DNA from: Infirmifilum sp. | Lineage (GTDB): Archaea; Thermoproteota; Thermoprotei; Thermofilales; Thermofilaceae | Reading direction: 5' to 3' | Assembly: GCA_041287245.1 (NCBI GenBank) | Contig: JBEULP010000003.1 | Span: 132,530-196,529 of the forward strand | Length of the DNA: 64,000 nt | Shown: piece after piece, positions 39,996 to 49,536 of the stretch | Layout: each line of letters starts with the position of its first letter | Numbering within the stretch: the stretch's first letter is position 1 | Translations under genes and position numbers: made by a program | The notes under the pieces: generated by a model | Told to the model about the DNA's origin: nothing | Seen by the model: only the letters and a program-made list of their open reading frames with translations | The model's database searches: none

Positions 39996-40853
39996 GTGCT
40001 GGTGAGCCTGGAAAAGGTATTCTATAAATACCCTGACGGCATGGATTGGGTTTTAAGGAATGTTAACTTTGCCGCAGACAAAGGCGAATTTATACTTGTT
40101 TTGGGACCTAGTGGATGTGGTAAGAGCACACTTGCTAGGATTTTGAATGGCCTGATACCTAACTTCTACGGTGGAACCCTGGAGGGCAGCATCAGTGTAA
40201 GCGGTCTAGATCCTAGAAAGACGCCTACTTACGAGTTAGCTAGGCACGTCGGGTTTGTATTTCAAAACCCTGAGAACCAATTATTCTTCACGAACGTGGA
40301 AAGAGAGGTTGCATTCGGCTTGGAAAACCTCGGTGTGCCCCCCGATGAGATAAGGAGAAGAGTTGAGAAGGCGTTGGCGGAGTATGACCTCCTGGACTTG
40401 AGAGAAAAATCCCCCTTTGAGCTAAGCGGGGGGCAGCAGCAGAAGGTAGCTCTGGCCTCTGTTATGGTTCTTGAGCCGGAGGTGCTCGTGCTGGACGAGC
40501 CTACAGCTAACCTTGACCCTCTCACGGCGTTAAAAGTTCTAGGCATGGTTAAGAAGAAGACCCTCGAGTCGAATCTTTTGACCATTGTTATAGAACACCG
40601 CTTGGAGATCGTTTTACCCTTTGCCGATAGGGTTGTCGTTATGTCCAATGGGGAGATATTGTTTGATGGCGCCCCCCTTGAGACTATAAAAAAATACGGC
40701 TATGTGACTGGCAAGCCATTCATCGTAAAGCTTATCGAGAAGCTGGAAGAGAAGGGGTTTCGTCTTAAACCGGATGTCATATCTCCCGAGAAGGTGGCTC
40801 TGGAAATCATAAGGCTCCTAGGAAGAGGGGATTTAAGTGGATCCGATAATTAA
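39996..40853 (+). CDS. ECF transporter ATPase component
   Basis: GPSGCGKST, VFQNPENQ, LSGGQ and LDEPT. Confidence 0.9.
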   Translation: MLVSLEKVFYKYPDGMDWVLRNVNFAADKGEFILVLGPSGCGKSTLARILNGLIPNFYGGTLEGSISVSGLDPRKTPTYELARHVGFVFQNPENQLFFTNVEREVAFGLENLGVPPDEIRRRVEKALAEYDLLDLREKSPFELSGGQQQKVALASVMVLEPEVLVLDEPTANLDPLTALKVLGMVKKKTLESNLLTIVIEHRLEIVLPFADRVVVMSNGEILFDGAPLETIKKYGYVTGKPFIVKLIEKLEEKGFRLKPDVISPEKVALEIIRLLGRGDLSGSDN

Positions 40854-41670
40854 AGTAGATGACGTTTACTTCGAATACCCTGATGGTACGCAGGCATTGA
40901 GAGGGGTCAGTCTTTCGATACAGAGCGGCGAGTTTATAGCCATAATGGGTGGGAACGGGGCCGGCAAGACAACCCTTATCAAGCATTTCAACGGAGTATT
41001 GAAGCCTACCAAGGGGAGGGTAATTGTAAAAGGAGTGAATACACAGTCATCTTCTGTCGCCGAGCTTTCAAGGATCGTTGGTGTTGTATTCCAGAACCCT
41101 GATCACCAGCTTTTTAACGAGACTGTCTATGAAGAGGTAGCCTTTGCGTTGAGAAATTTCGGGTTCCCCGAGGAGGTTGTGAAGCGTCGTGTTGAATGGG
41201 CGTTAAACCTTATGGAACTCTATCAATATAAGGATAGGTCGCCATACACTCTGAGCGTTGGAGAGCGTAAACGGCTGGCAATCGCCGCTGTTCTCGCATA
41301 TGACCCAGAGGTGCTCGTGCTGGACGAGCCTACGGCTGGACAGGACTTTATACAGAAAGAGAAGATATCGGAGATCTTGAACCTACTTAGAACACTTGGA
41401 AAAACAATCGTAGTAGTGACGCATGACGTCGAATTTGTCGTAGAGCACATAAACCGCGTCATCCTCTTATCCAATGGGAAAGTAGTAGCATCGGCACCCC
41501 CCGTTGAGATTTTTAAGAGTGTGTCTTTACTTCGACAGGCACACATACTTCCGCCACAATCTATCAGGTTCTCAAGGGTTCTGAGGAGTAGGGGTATTCT
41601 TCGAGAGGACTGCCTAGACCCCGAAGGTTGCGTGAAAGCTCTTCTGGGTGATGGGGATGGAGGCTCTTAG
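40837..41670 (+). CDS. ECF transporter ATPase component
   Basis: GGNGAGKTT, VFQNPDHQLF, LSVGE and LDEPT. Confidence 0.9.
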   Translation: MDPIIKVDDVYFEYPDGTQALRGVSLSIQSGEFIAIMGGNGAGKTTLIKHFNGVLKPTKGRVIVKGVNTQSSSVAELSRIVGVVFQNPDHQLFNETVYEEVAFALRNFGFPEEVVKRRVEWALNLMELYQYKDRSPYTLSVGERKRLAIAAVLAYDPEVLVLDEPTAGQDFIQKEKISEILNLLRTLGKTIVVVTHDVEFVVEHINRVILLSNGKVVASAPPVEIFKSVSLLRQAHILPPQSIRFSRVLRSRGILREDCLDPEGCVKALLGDGDGGS

Positions 41671-42382
41671 GGCTTTCAAATTCATCAAGAAAAACTCGGT
41701 GATCGACGGGCTCGATCCGAGGACACGTTTCGCTGTTACGCTTACTATAGCAGCTCTCTCACTCCTATCAATTGATGTGAAAAGCCAACTGGTACTACTT
41801 CTAACCGGCTTTTTCCTAGCATGGGTTGGGAAGAGAGTAGGTCTCCTTTTGAATGGACTTAAAAACATTATTCCCCTCGGTGTAATGATATTCATCTTAA
41901 ACTGGATAACAGCGCCGTCCGAAGGGTTACTACCACCTCTAGCTATGACGCTGCGTTTTCTAGTATTAACCTCGATTTTTTCTTTCTTCTTCCTCACCAC
42001 CCCTCCAGATGACTTAGCCCTTGCCTTGGAAGAAATGCATCTCCCTCGCGACTACTCGCTGCTTATAACTATGAGTTTCAGGTTTGTCCCCACATTAGCC
42101 CAGGACGTCCAGATAGTCCTTGACGCGCTAAGAAGCAGGGGGCTAGAACTCGAGAAAGGAAGCATGGCGAAAAGGATAAAAAACTATGTTTTTCTCATGG
42201 TACCCCTCATAGTCTTCGAGGTTCGCCGTAGCCTAATGATAGCCGAAGCCCTCGAATCTAGGGGCTTTGGAGCAAGCATAACCCCCTCGCGGATGTATAA
42301 GTTAAGTTTCACGAGAAAAGACTTCGTCGCAGGTATCCTGCTCTCTCTATACGTCCTGCTTTTTCTACTACTCTTTAGGTGA
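41648..42382 (+). CDS. ECF transporter T component
   Basis: LDPRTR, TTPPDDL, FRFVP and two SRG motifs. Confidence 0.9.
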   Translation: MMGMEALRAFKFIKKNSVIDGLDPRTRFAVTLTIAALSLLSIDVKSQLVLLLTGFFLAWVGKRVGLLLNGLKNIIPLGVMIFILNWITAPSEGLLPPLAMTLRFLVLTSIFSFFFLTTPPDDLALALEEMHLPRDYSLLITMSFRFVPTLAQDVQIVLDALRSRGLELEKGSMAKRIKNYVFLMVPLIVFEVRRSLMIAEALESRGFGASITPSRMYKLSFTRKDFVAGILLSLYVLLFLLLFR

Positions 42383-42388
42383 ACCCCC

Positions 42389-43102
42389 GTGAAAATACTC
42401 GCCTTCGGTGATGTCCATGCCCCAAAATTCCTATCTATTCTTATAGATTCTCTAAAGAAGACCAACACGGATTCCATCTCTCTAGTACTGATCGCGGGGG
42501 ACATTGTGGAGAAAGGAAACTATCCTATGTGTAAACCCGTCGTGAACGCTCTATCCCGCGTCAAGCCTGGGGCAACCATTGTCGCTGTCTTTGGAAACGA
42601 AGACTATCCAGACGTTCGCGACAAGCTCAGGGAAGAGTGCCCCGAAATCACCTGGCTAGATGACAACTACATAAACCTAGATTTTGATGAAAAAATAACG
42701 ATTGTGGGAACCACAGGTGTACTAGATAGACCAACCAGGTGGCAGTTGAGGAATATTCCCGACGTACGGGGGCAATATAATAGAAGAATAACCAGGATCG
42801 AAGCCATGTTGAACGAGATTCCACACGGAAGACTAACCGTGCTCTTGACACATTATCCTCCCCGCTGCAGGACATTAGTGGGAGAAAGAGAGGAGTTCTG
42901 GGAGGAGATGTCCAGTGCTAAGCTAGCCGAGATAATACGCCGAAGACCTGTTAATGCTGTAGTACACGGGCACCTGCATAAAAGCCAGGTTTACAGGGAC
43001 TTCATTGGCCTTACTCCAGTATATAATGTTGCTCTTCCAGCCGTTGGTGGGGTGACAACAATCGAGGTTAAACCGGTGGGGCTAGAAGGGTGGTTTGCAT
43101 AG
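42389..43102 (+). CDS. Metallophosphoesterase
   Basis: GDVH, AGD, GNED, THYPP and HGHLH. Confidence 0.9.
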   Translation: MKILAFGDVHAPKFLSILIDSLKKTNTDSISLVLIAGDIVEKGNYPMCKPVVNALSRVKPGATIVAVFGNEDYPDVRDKLREECPEITWLDDNYINLDFDEKITIVGTTGVLDRPTRWQLRNIPDVRGQYNRRITRIEAMLNEIPHGRLTVLLTHYPPRCRTLVGEREEFWEEMSSAKLAEIIRRRPVNAVVHGHLHKSQVYRDFIGLTPVYNVALPAVGGVTTIEVKPVGLEGWFA

Positions 43103-43159
43103 GCTTCAGAAATCGATGGCTCTTTCATTGATCATACTCGAGCTGCTTCATCATCAGCC
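43102..43159 (-). ncRNA. Box C/D guide sRNA
   Basis: Minus strand GGCTG-ATGATGA(C)-AGCAGCTCGAGT-ATGA(D')-TCA-ATGAAAG(C')-AGCCATCGATTT-CTGA(D)-AGCC; two 12-nt guides, terminal stem, upstream TATA-like TATTATA. Confidence 0.82.
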
Positions 43160-43203
43160 ATAATATTTAGCTGCCGTCTATAATACATTTTTAGCGATGC
43201 GTT

Positions 43204-44091
43204 ATGAGTGTGAAGTTCTCAGCGTGGGGGCTACGGGAACTCTCTCCTAGAGATTTAAGGGTTCTTGCTGTTATCGAGAGGGGGATGATTAACCACGAGT
43301 ATGTTGATGTTGAGCTCATCTCATCCATCTCTAGGATTGATAAGGAGCTTCTGGAAAGTATCCTGAAAAAGTTAAACAAGATTGGACTGGTTCAAAGGTA
43401 CAGGGGTAGTTTCACAGGATATGTTTTGACTAGCAGGGGGTATGACACGCTGGCGCTACACGCGCTGGTTAAGCGTGGCATTATCGTTGCTGTTTCAGAA
43501 ACACCAATAGGGGAGGGGAAGGAGAGTGAGGTGTATCTTGGGAAGATGCCTGGCGATCGTATAGTTGCTGTGAAGGTTCACAGGGCTGGTAGAACGAGTT
43601 TTAAGGGGGCAAAGAGGGTCAGGGGTTATGTAATGGACAGGAGGCATCTCTCGTGGCTCTATCTTTCACGGTTATCTGCGCGTAGCGAGTTCGAGGCTCT
43701 CAGGATACTATGGAGGAGTAAGGTCTCAGTCCCAGAGCCTATAGACTGGAATAGACACATTGTGGTTACAGGGTTTGTCGAGGGGATTGAGTTGTCTATG
43801 GTTCCACCGCTCGATAACCCGGCTCAGGTTCTTCAGGGGATTGTCGCGGAGGTTGAAAAGGCGTATAGGGCAGGGGTGGTTCATGGAGACTTGAATGAGT
43901 TTAACGTTCTACTAGTCGATGAGGATAGAGTAGTACTGATAGACTGGCCTCAGTGGGTGTCGAGCTCCCATCCCAACGCTTTGTTTTACCTTAAGAGGGA
44001 CTTGGAGAATATAATGAAGTTTTTCTGGAGAAAATACAGGCTCTCTATCGATAAGAAATCCTTGATCGAGGATTTTTTAAGAAAACTATAA
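43204..44091 (+). CDS. rio2: Rio2-type atypical Ser/Thr kinase
   Basis: N-terminal wHTH with GYDTLAL, GEGKESEVY, HGDLNEFN and IDWPQ. Confidence 0.9.
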   Translation: MSVKFSAWGLRELSPRDLRVLAVIERGMINHEYVDVELISSISRIDKELLESILKKLNKIGLVQRYRGSFTGYVLTSRGYDTLALHALVKRGIIVAVSETPIGEGKESEVYLGKMPGDRIVAVKVHRAGRTSFKGAKRVRGYVMDRRHLSWLYLSRLSARSEFEALRILWRSKVSVPEPIDWNRHIVVTGFVEGIELSMVPPLDNPAQVLQGIVAEVEKAYRAGVVHGDLNEFNVLLVDEDRVVLIDWPQWVSSSHPNALFYLKRDLENIMKFFWRKYRLSIDKKSLIEDFLRKL

Positions 44092-44204
44092 TCACCCACA
44101 GATTACGCGTGAACGTTCCCGTTAACGGTATCGCGCGGCTGGTTGAAATATCAATACAACGCGCGTAGAGGAGATGGTGAGAAAAAATAGAAAATTTTTT
44201 ATTG

Positions 44205-44366
44205 TTATGGTTTGGCTGTTAGGAGATGTAGCTCTGTTATAAGCTTGTAGAGCCTGTCCCTATGCTCTTCTCTTGTGGCGTGGGCTGCTGTCCTTAGGTG
44301 TGCTTCAGCCCCTACTGCTAAGATGGTGGAGGCTGGGTACAGGGTGTTATGTTGTTTAAAACGCGG
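44205..44366 (-). pseudogene. Start-less C-terminal gene fragment of unknown family; contains copy 2 of the 65-bp repeat
   Basis: Open frame ...STILAVGAEAHLRTAAHATREEHRDRLYKLITELHLLTAKP*; differences from the 1836 copy are synonymous or conservative in this frame. Confidence 0.5.
44221..44285 (-). repeat. 65-bp dispersed repeat, copy 2
   Basis: 60/65 identical to 1836-1900 in inverted orientation. Confidence 0.9.
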
Positions 44367-44527
44367 CTACCATGATTACCGGGGGACGTAATAGCAGTGA
44401 AGAATTTATATGAGAGGAGGTCTCTAACCCCCTCGACTACCCCCAAATCCGAGATGAAGGCCCGAATCAACAAGAGACCCCCCGCCCAAAGAAAACCCCC
44501 TAGGGCACGCGCAGGGGAGGAAATCAG
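44362..44527 (+). mobile_element. tnpB: Decayed IS200/IS605 tnpB 3' end with right end (omegaRNA region)
   Basis: Frameshifted translation GYHDYR/DVIAVKNLYERRSLTPSTTP/QIRDEGPN resembles crenarchaeal TnpB C-termini (CGY..DRDVIA..NL..RGSLT.STAPQM.DV.PN); ends CCCCT..AGGGGAGGAAATCAG, like the archaeal right end GGGGAGGAGGTCAG. Confidence 0.72.
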
Positions 44528-44668
44528 ATAAACGCTGATAGGTAACGCGCGCGACAGGAAATAAAGACATTAACAGTCTAAGAAGGCCCTTTGCAGGTCG
44601 CAACGGGCGTGAGCCATAAACATAAACTTTAAGTATTCTTATGTTAAAGCAAATTCGCGGTGGAAAGA

Positions 44669-44992
44669 ATGGAGTATGTATATGCAAGTCTAATCCTATA
44701 CCATGCTGGAAAAGAGATTACCGAGGAAAGCGTTAAGAAGATCCTGGAGTCTGCAGGTATTCAGGTTGACGAAGTTAGACTTAAAGCCCTTGTCGCATCT
44801 CTTAAAGAAGTTAACATAGAGGAGGCTATTAAGACTGCAGCTGTCCCCGTAGCAGCAGCCCCTGCCGCAGCCCCAACAGCGGCTACACAAGCTCCTGCCA
44901 AGACCGAGGAAGCAAAGAAGGAGGAGGAAAAGAAAGAAGAGGCGCCCGAGGAAAGCGTTGAAGAAGGACTCTCAGGACTCTTCGGCTTTTAG
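44669..44992 (+). CDS. rpl12: 50S ribosomal stalk protein P1/L12
   Basis: [10 protein letters not shown], Ala-rich hinge and acidic tail ending GLSGLFG. Confidence 0.96.
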   Translation: MEYVYASLILYHAGKEITEESVKKILESAGIQVDEVRLKALVASLKEVNIEEAIKTAAVPVAAAPAAAPTAATQAPAKTEEAKKEEEKKEEAPEESVEEGLSGLFGF

Positions 44993-45011
44993 CCCTTGAG
45001 GTAGCGCTCAG

Positions 45012-45656
45012 GTGTTTTTGCAAACTCCCCTTCAGCCCCTAAACATGTTTTCTGAAGCTGTTACATTGGCTACCCTTGCAGCGGCTGGTTTTTCGGATTA
45101 TAAGACGAGGGAGGTCGACGATAAAGTCTGGATTGCGGGAGGCTTAGCGGTTACGCCTTTCATCTTGTTCGAGATTGGCTCGGGTTTGATTCAGCTGCCC
45201 TTGTATCTATTATCTCTAGCAACGGCTTTTCTCGTCATAGTGATCTCCTGGAGGCTTAGGCTTGTAGGTGAGGCTGACCTGATCGCCCTAGGTTTCATAG
45301 CCTATGCTGAGCCGCCGTCCCTGCGTAGCCCGCTGACTGTAACGCCGCTTGCCTCGATAGTGGTTCTTGCAGGGTTAGCTTCAGCAGCGTATATTCTCTA
45401 CAATGTATTCTACAATATTAAAGCTGGGCTTTCCTTTCCAGAGTCTACTCCACTCTATATGAAAATAACATTACTGGTTACTGCTAGACTAGTCACTCCC
45501 GAGGAATACAAGAGCAAGAGCTACATGTTTGCCCCGACTAATGATTCCCCGCAAACGCAACAGGATAAAGTCTGGGCAACGGTCTACCTCCCGTACACCA
45601 CGCTTCTAGCATTTGGTTATTTCACTTACCTTCTAATTAAAAATATCCTCCTTTAA
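45012..45656 (+). CDS. Prepilin/prearchaellin peptidase, A24 family
   Basis: SDYKTREVDD, GEAD catalytic Asp motif and C-terminal VWAT..LPY. Confidence 0.75.
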   Translation: MFLQTPLQPLNMFSEAVTLATLAAAGFSDYKTREVDDKVWIAGGLAVTPFILFEIGSGLIQLPLYLLSLATAFLVIVISWRLRLVGEADLIALGFIAYAEPPSLRSPLTVTPLASIVVLAGLASAAYILYNVFYNIKAGLSFPESTPLYMKITLLVTARLVTPEEYKSKSYMFAPTNDSPQTQQDKVWATVYLPYTTLLAFGYFTYLLIKNILL

Positions 45657-45718
45657 TCGCGCGCCTCCTTTAATCCAAAAACGCGCTTATATATACCAAC
45701 ACGGTTAACTGTTTTTCC

Positions 45719-46540
45719 GTGAATACAACCAACGATCCTTTCCTTAGCTTCATAATCGGGGTCAGCATAGGCCTGCCACTCGGATTGTCCGCATATAAGC
45801 TCAAATACCTCAATGCGAGAGCCACGGTTGCCAGCATTGTCTTCTCAGGGCTATACTTCATGGGAGGTGTTGGTCTCTATATAGCATCGTTATTCTTCTT
45901 CTTTTCATCTTCCCTGGTAACCAGGCTATACTATACTCATAAGAAAAACAGGGGAACAGCTGAACCTGAAGAGGGGCGAAGCCTTAGCCAGGTGCTAGGG
46001 GCGGGACTCATATCTGCCTTATTCTCAGCCTTATATGGGATGTTTCCTGCTTACCGTGAAAAAACGTTACCCGCGGCCCTAGCGGTCTTAACGGCGTCCA
46101 ATGCGGACACCTGGGCTGCCGAGCTAGGATCATTCTATCACAACCCTCCGCGGCTAATAACAAGGCCATGGGTAAAGGTTGAGCCTGGAACATCTGGCGG
46201 CGTAACTCCTCTAGGCTCCTTGGGAGGGTTACTCGGAAGCATCCTCCTCGGGCTTCTCGTGTTCGGGGAGACACAGGTAGGCTTGCTAACACTAAGGATG
46301 TCTTGCATACCACTTATTGTTATGCTTGGCTGGCTTGGAGAAATTATTGACAGCATAGTAGGTGCAACACTGCAAATAAAATACTACTGTCCGAGGTGTA
46401 AAGTTCTAACAGACAAACCTGTTCACAGATGCGGTGAGGCTACAATTCACGAGGGGGGTTTGAGAATTATCTCGAATGAGGCTACGAATTTGATAGCCAC
46501 GGGCTTTGTGGGCTTGCTCGCTCTTCTTCTAGCCTGCTAA
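45719..46540 (+). CDS. DUF92 (TMEM19/VTE6-like) membrane protein
   Basis: GRSLSQV, ADTWAAELG, PGTSGGVT, DSIVGATLQ, CPRC..HRCG and NEATN. Confidence 0.88.
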   Translation: MNTTNDPFLSFIIGVSIGLPLGLSAYKLKYLNARATVASIVFSGLYFMGGVGLYIASLFFFFSSSLVTRLYYTHKKNRGTAEPEEGRSLSQVLGAGLISALFSALYGMFPAYREKTLPAALAVLTASNADTWAAELGSFYHNPPRLITRPWVKVEPGTSGGVTPLGSLGGLLGSILLGLLVFGETQVGLLTLRMSCIPLIVMLGWLGEIIDSIVGATLQIKYYCPRCKVLTDKPVHRCGEATIHEGGLRIISNEATNLIATGFVGLLALLLAC

Positions 46541-46581
46541 ATATTTTAAAGCTGGACCTATTTAAGTTAAATAGGGTTGAG

Positions 46582-47811
46582 ATGAGACTCTGCCACTTCT
46601 CCTTAATTATACTGCTCTTGTTAACGATCATCTCAGCAGTGCTTGTAAGAGCCCAACCGAGACCGGTTGTTATTCTCGAAATTAATGGAAACATAGATGA
46701 AGGCAAGGTTTACCTTGTTCGAAGAGCGGCCTCTATAGCCGACTCAGGTGTATTGGTTATTGTCATAAACAGCTATGGAGGCTATATTAGCTCAATGGAC
46801 GAGATAATCTCAATCTTAAAGGCTTGTCCATGCATAACTGTGGCATTTATACCTACAGGCGCTAAAGCCGTCTCCGCCGCCGCAGGTGTAGCCCTCGCCG
46901 TAGACAAACTCTACTTGGGAAAAGGCTCCGTCATAGGGGGGTGCAAACCCATCCCCGCAGACGAAAAGATTCAGGAATACATGGTGGCGCGAATCAAGAG
47001 CTTGATGGAGGAGAAGAACGTTTCAAATCCAGACATCATTGCCCAAGAACTAGTGATCGAGAGTAGAACATTCACAGTCAAAGAGGCTGTTGAAGCCGGG
47101 CTTGCCCTAGGAGAAGCTGCGAGCCTCCAGGATGTTCTACGGCGAGAAGGCTTGGAAAACACGACCGCACATTACATAACGAGTGATTTAATAAGCGACT
47201 TACTTTCTCTGATCGTTGACCCAGGGGTGGCTCTATTATTTATTGTTCTGGGAGTCCTACTTATAGCGCTTGAGTTTCACGTCACAGGATTTCAAGGATG
47301 GGGCATACTTGGGGTTATCCTTATACTTACAGCCTTGTATACCTTCAATATAATCGGAGTAAACCTCTTCGCCTTTCTCCTTCTCTCAACGGGAATCATA
47401 CTTATTCTCTTAGAGCTTTTCAAGCCGGGAATCCAGTTATTTGGCCTTGCGGGAGGCATATTCGTCTCCCTTGCAGTAGCCATCGAATACTACACCCAGC
47501 CTTACATTACAATATCAAATCTTACTCTCACCGCCCTGGTTATCCTAGGCCTTATCGGCGTTTTTATCGGGTTCATAATTCTCAAGGCATCCGAAACCTT
47601 AAGGCTTAAAGCAACTAGCCTTGAAGAAAGACTAGTTGGTAAGAGGGGCCAGGCGAAGACGGAAATAAAGCCCGGGAAGAGAGGTGTTGTTATCGTTGAA
47701 AGCGAAGAATGGACCGCTGAAAGCGACGAAGAGATACACGCCGGTGAAAACATTGTAGTGGTAGAGGTTAAGGGTCTAATACTACGGGTAGGAAAAGCGC
47801 AAGATAAATAA
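46582..47811 (+). CDS. NfeD-family membrane protein (ClpP-like N-domain, TM region, C-terminal OB fold)
   Basis: INSYGG, AVSAA and G.V.VESEEWTAES OB motif; directly upstream of SPFH gene. Confidence 0.88.
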   Translation: MRLCHFSLIILLLLTIISAVLVRAQPRPVVILEINGNIDEGKVYLVRRAASIADSGVLVIVINSYGGYISSMDEIISILKACPCITVAFIPTGAKAVSAAAGVALAVDKLYLGKGSVIGGCKPIPADEKIQEYMVARIKSLMEEKNVSNPDIIAQELVIESRTFTVKEAVEAGLALGEAASLQDVLRREGLENTTAHYITSDLISDLLSLIVDPGVALLFIVLGVLLIALEFHVTGFQGWGILGVILILTALYTFNIIGVNLFAFLLLSTGIILILLELFKPGIQLFGLAGGIFVSLAVAIEYYTQPYITISNLTLTALVILGLIGVFIGFIILKASETLRLKATSLEERLVGKRGQAKTEIKPGKRGVVIVESEEWTAESDEEIHAGENIVVVEVKGLILRVGKAQDK

Positions 47812-47834
47812 GCGTCTCCTTTACCACTTATCTT

Positions 47835-48710
47835 GTGATAGATCCCCTCTCCATTTTTCTGGTTTTTATTGTACTAATCATATTAGCCAGTATAATAGCT
47901 TCCAGCATCCGCATCCTGCCTGAGTACCAGAGAATAGTTGTCCTTCGACTTGGAAGGGTTGTCAGAGTCGCGGGTCCAGGCCTAGTATTCCTCATACCCT
48001 TTATTGACCGCGGCATAGTAGTTGACCTTCGAGAACAATACATTGAGGTTACCAAGCAGACATGCATAACAAAGGATAATGCCCCTGTAGATATCGACTT
48101 CTTGATCTATTTCCGCGTTGTCGATCCGAAGAAGAGCGTAATAGAAGTTTCTGACTTCAGGGGCGCCGCTATAGGAATTGCCACTACAACCCTACGTGCA
48201 GTTGTCGGCGATATCGATCTCGACCAAGTTCTCGCAAAGAGAGAGTATATCAACGAGGTTCTTCGCGAGAAGCTTGACGAGGTCACCGCTAGGTGGGGGG
48301 TTAAGGTTACCGCTGTTGAAATACGTGAGATCATACCGCCTAGAGAAGTCCAGGAGGCTATGATTAAACAAATGTCGGCAGAGCGTAATAGAAGAGCAAT
48401 GGTTACGGAGGCTGAAGGCAAGCGCGAAGCCGCGGTTCGCGTAGCACAAGGTGAGAAAGAAGCTCTAATCTTAAAGGCTGAGGGCGAGAAGCAAGCAGCT
48501 ATCCTTAAAGCCGAGGGACAAGCCCTCGCGCTCCGCTATGTCGACGAAGAGGCTAGAAAACTCGACTCAAAGACTGTTCTATTACAGTACTTCACGGCTC
48601 TGGAGTCTATAGCGTCATCCCCCTCGACGAAGATAGTTCTTCCAATGGAGCTCTTCAAGCTTCTAAAACCTCTTCAGGAGGCTTTTGAGGTAGAAGAAAA
48701 GGAAAAATAA
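47835..48710 (+). CDS. SPFH/stomatin family protein
   Basis: VVLRLGR, GPGLVFLIPFID, ITKDN, WGVKV..VEI and AER..RA..AEG repeats. Confidence 0.93.
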   Translation: MIDPLSIFLVFIVLIILASIIASSIRILPEYQRIVVLRLGRVVRVAGPGLVFLIPFIDRGIVVDLREQYIEVTKQTCITKDNAPVDIDFLIYFRVVDPKKSVIEVSDFRGAAIGIATTTLRAVVGDIDLDQVLAKREYINEVLREKLDEVTARWGVKVTAVEIREIIPPREVQEAMIKQMSAERNRRAMVTEAEGKREAAVRVAQGEKEALILKAEGEKQAAILKAEGQALALRYVDEEARKLDSKTVLLQYFTALESIASSPSTKIVLPMELFKLLKPLQEAFEVEEKEK

Positions 48711-48717
48711 ATACTTC

Positions 48718-49401
48718 TTATTTTTCCTTTAGTACTTCTCCGTGAGCCTCTCCGACGACCTCAGCTTTTCCTCTAAGAATGATACGTCTAGCACGCACGG
48801 GTGATTTTACAATAACATCCTTGAAGATAGCCTCTCCAGCCTCAATCTTCGAAGCTTCCAAAACTGGGAGCCCCTTGTTAAAGAGAGCCTTTACTCTTCT
48901 AACAACGTCATAGTCTTTCCCCCTTCTGACCTCGAGGATATCCACAAGTATATCGCCAACCCTTGAATCATCAGAAAGTTTTAGAGTTAAATTACTCCCA
49001 GTGATCCCGCCTACAATTTTTAATGCACCCTGGATATTAGCTTTCTTGAACTTTAGACAGCCCGCTGACAAAGCCCCTGCTAATTCAATTTCGTCAGCTT
49101 CAATGCACCCCTCGACTTTCAGAGTTCCGGCGCTTTGCACTCTACCAGATTTCAGAAAACCATAGACCTTTGTAGCCCCGGCAAACTTAGCCTCTCGTGC
49201 AGCAAGGCTCCCGTGAAAAGACGCGGACCCGGCAACATTCACCTTCAAAGCGTCAACATCCCCCTCGATTCTACCTGCACCACTAATCTTGACTGCCTCG
49301 TAATAACCACCTCCCGCTTTACCTGCACCTGAAATCGCGATAAAGCCCCTCCTCTTTTTATCTCTCAAGGCGGACTCGTAAGCGTCGAACAACTCCCCCA
49401 T
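48718..49401 (-). CDS. Bactofilin-like (polymer-forming, YhbE/YhbF-type) beta-helix protein
   Basis: Repeats of about 17 aa: ISGAG.I.G.V, VAGSA.F.G.L, FAGA..V.G.L, SAG.L.V.G.I; tail IILRGKAEVVG. Confidence 0.7.
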   Translation of the reverse strand: MGELFDAYESALRDKKRRGFIAISGAGKAGGGYYEAVKISGAGRIEGDVDALKVNVAGSASFHGSLAAREAKFAGATKVYGFLKSGRVQSAGTLKVEGCIEADEIELAGALSAGCLKFKKANIQGALKIVGGITGSNLTLKLSDDSRVGDILVDILEVRRGKDYDVVRRVKALFNKGLPVLEASKIEAGEAIFKDVIVKSPVRARRIILRGKAEVVGEAHGEVLKEK

Positions 49402-49404
49402 TTT

Positions 49405-49536
49405 TCACACACCCGCCTTCTGGAAAATAGTCTTGATCTCCTCCAACAAACCTCTTATCTCTTTAAGCCTCTTCAATATCAGCTCCTCAACCTCCTCGTC
49501 GCTCAGGTCCTTATACTTAAGCCTCTCTTCGCTCAT
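49405..49536 (-). CDS. Unannotated 43-aa coiled-coil microprotein (MSEERLKYKDLSDEEVEELILKRLKEIRGLLEEIKTIFQKAGV)
   Basis: Fills the gap exactly: ATGA overlap with the upstream stop, ends 3 nt before the next ATG; purine-rich RBS-like upstream sequence. Confidence 0.75.
   Translation of the reverse strand: MSEERLKYKDLSDEEVEELILKRLKEIRGLLEEIKTIFQKAGV

Noticed and set aside
40485..41333. Identical GAGGTGCTCGTGCTGGACGAGCCTAC in two places
   Set aside because: Walker B coding sequence of the paralogous ECF ATPases, not an independent repeat
44424..44687. 87-aa minus-strand ORF
   Set aside because: Antisense to the tnpB relic and the rpl12 promoter; no coding signature
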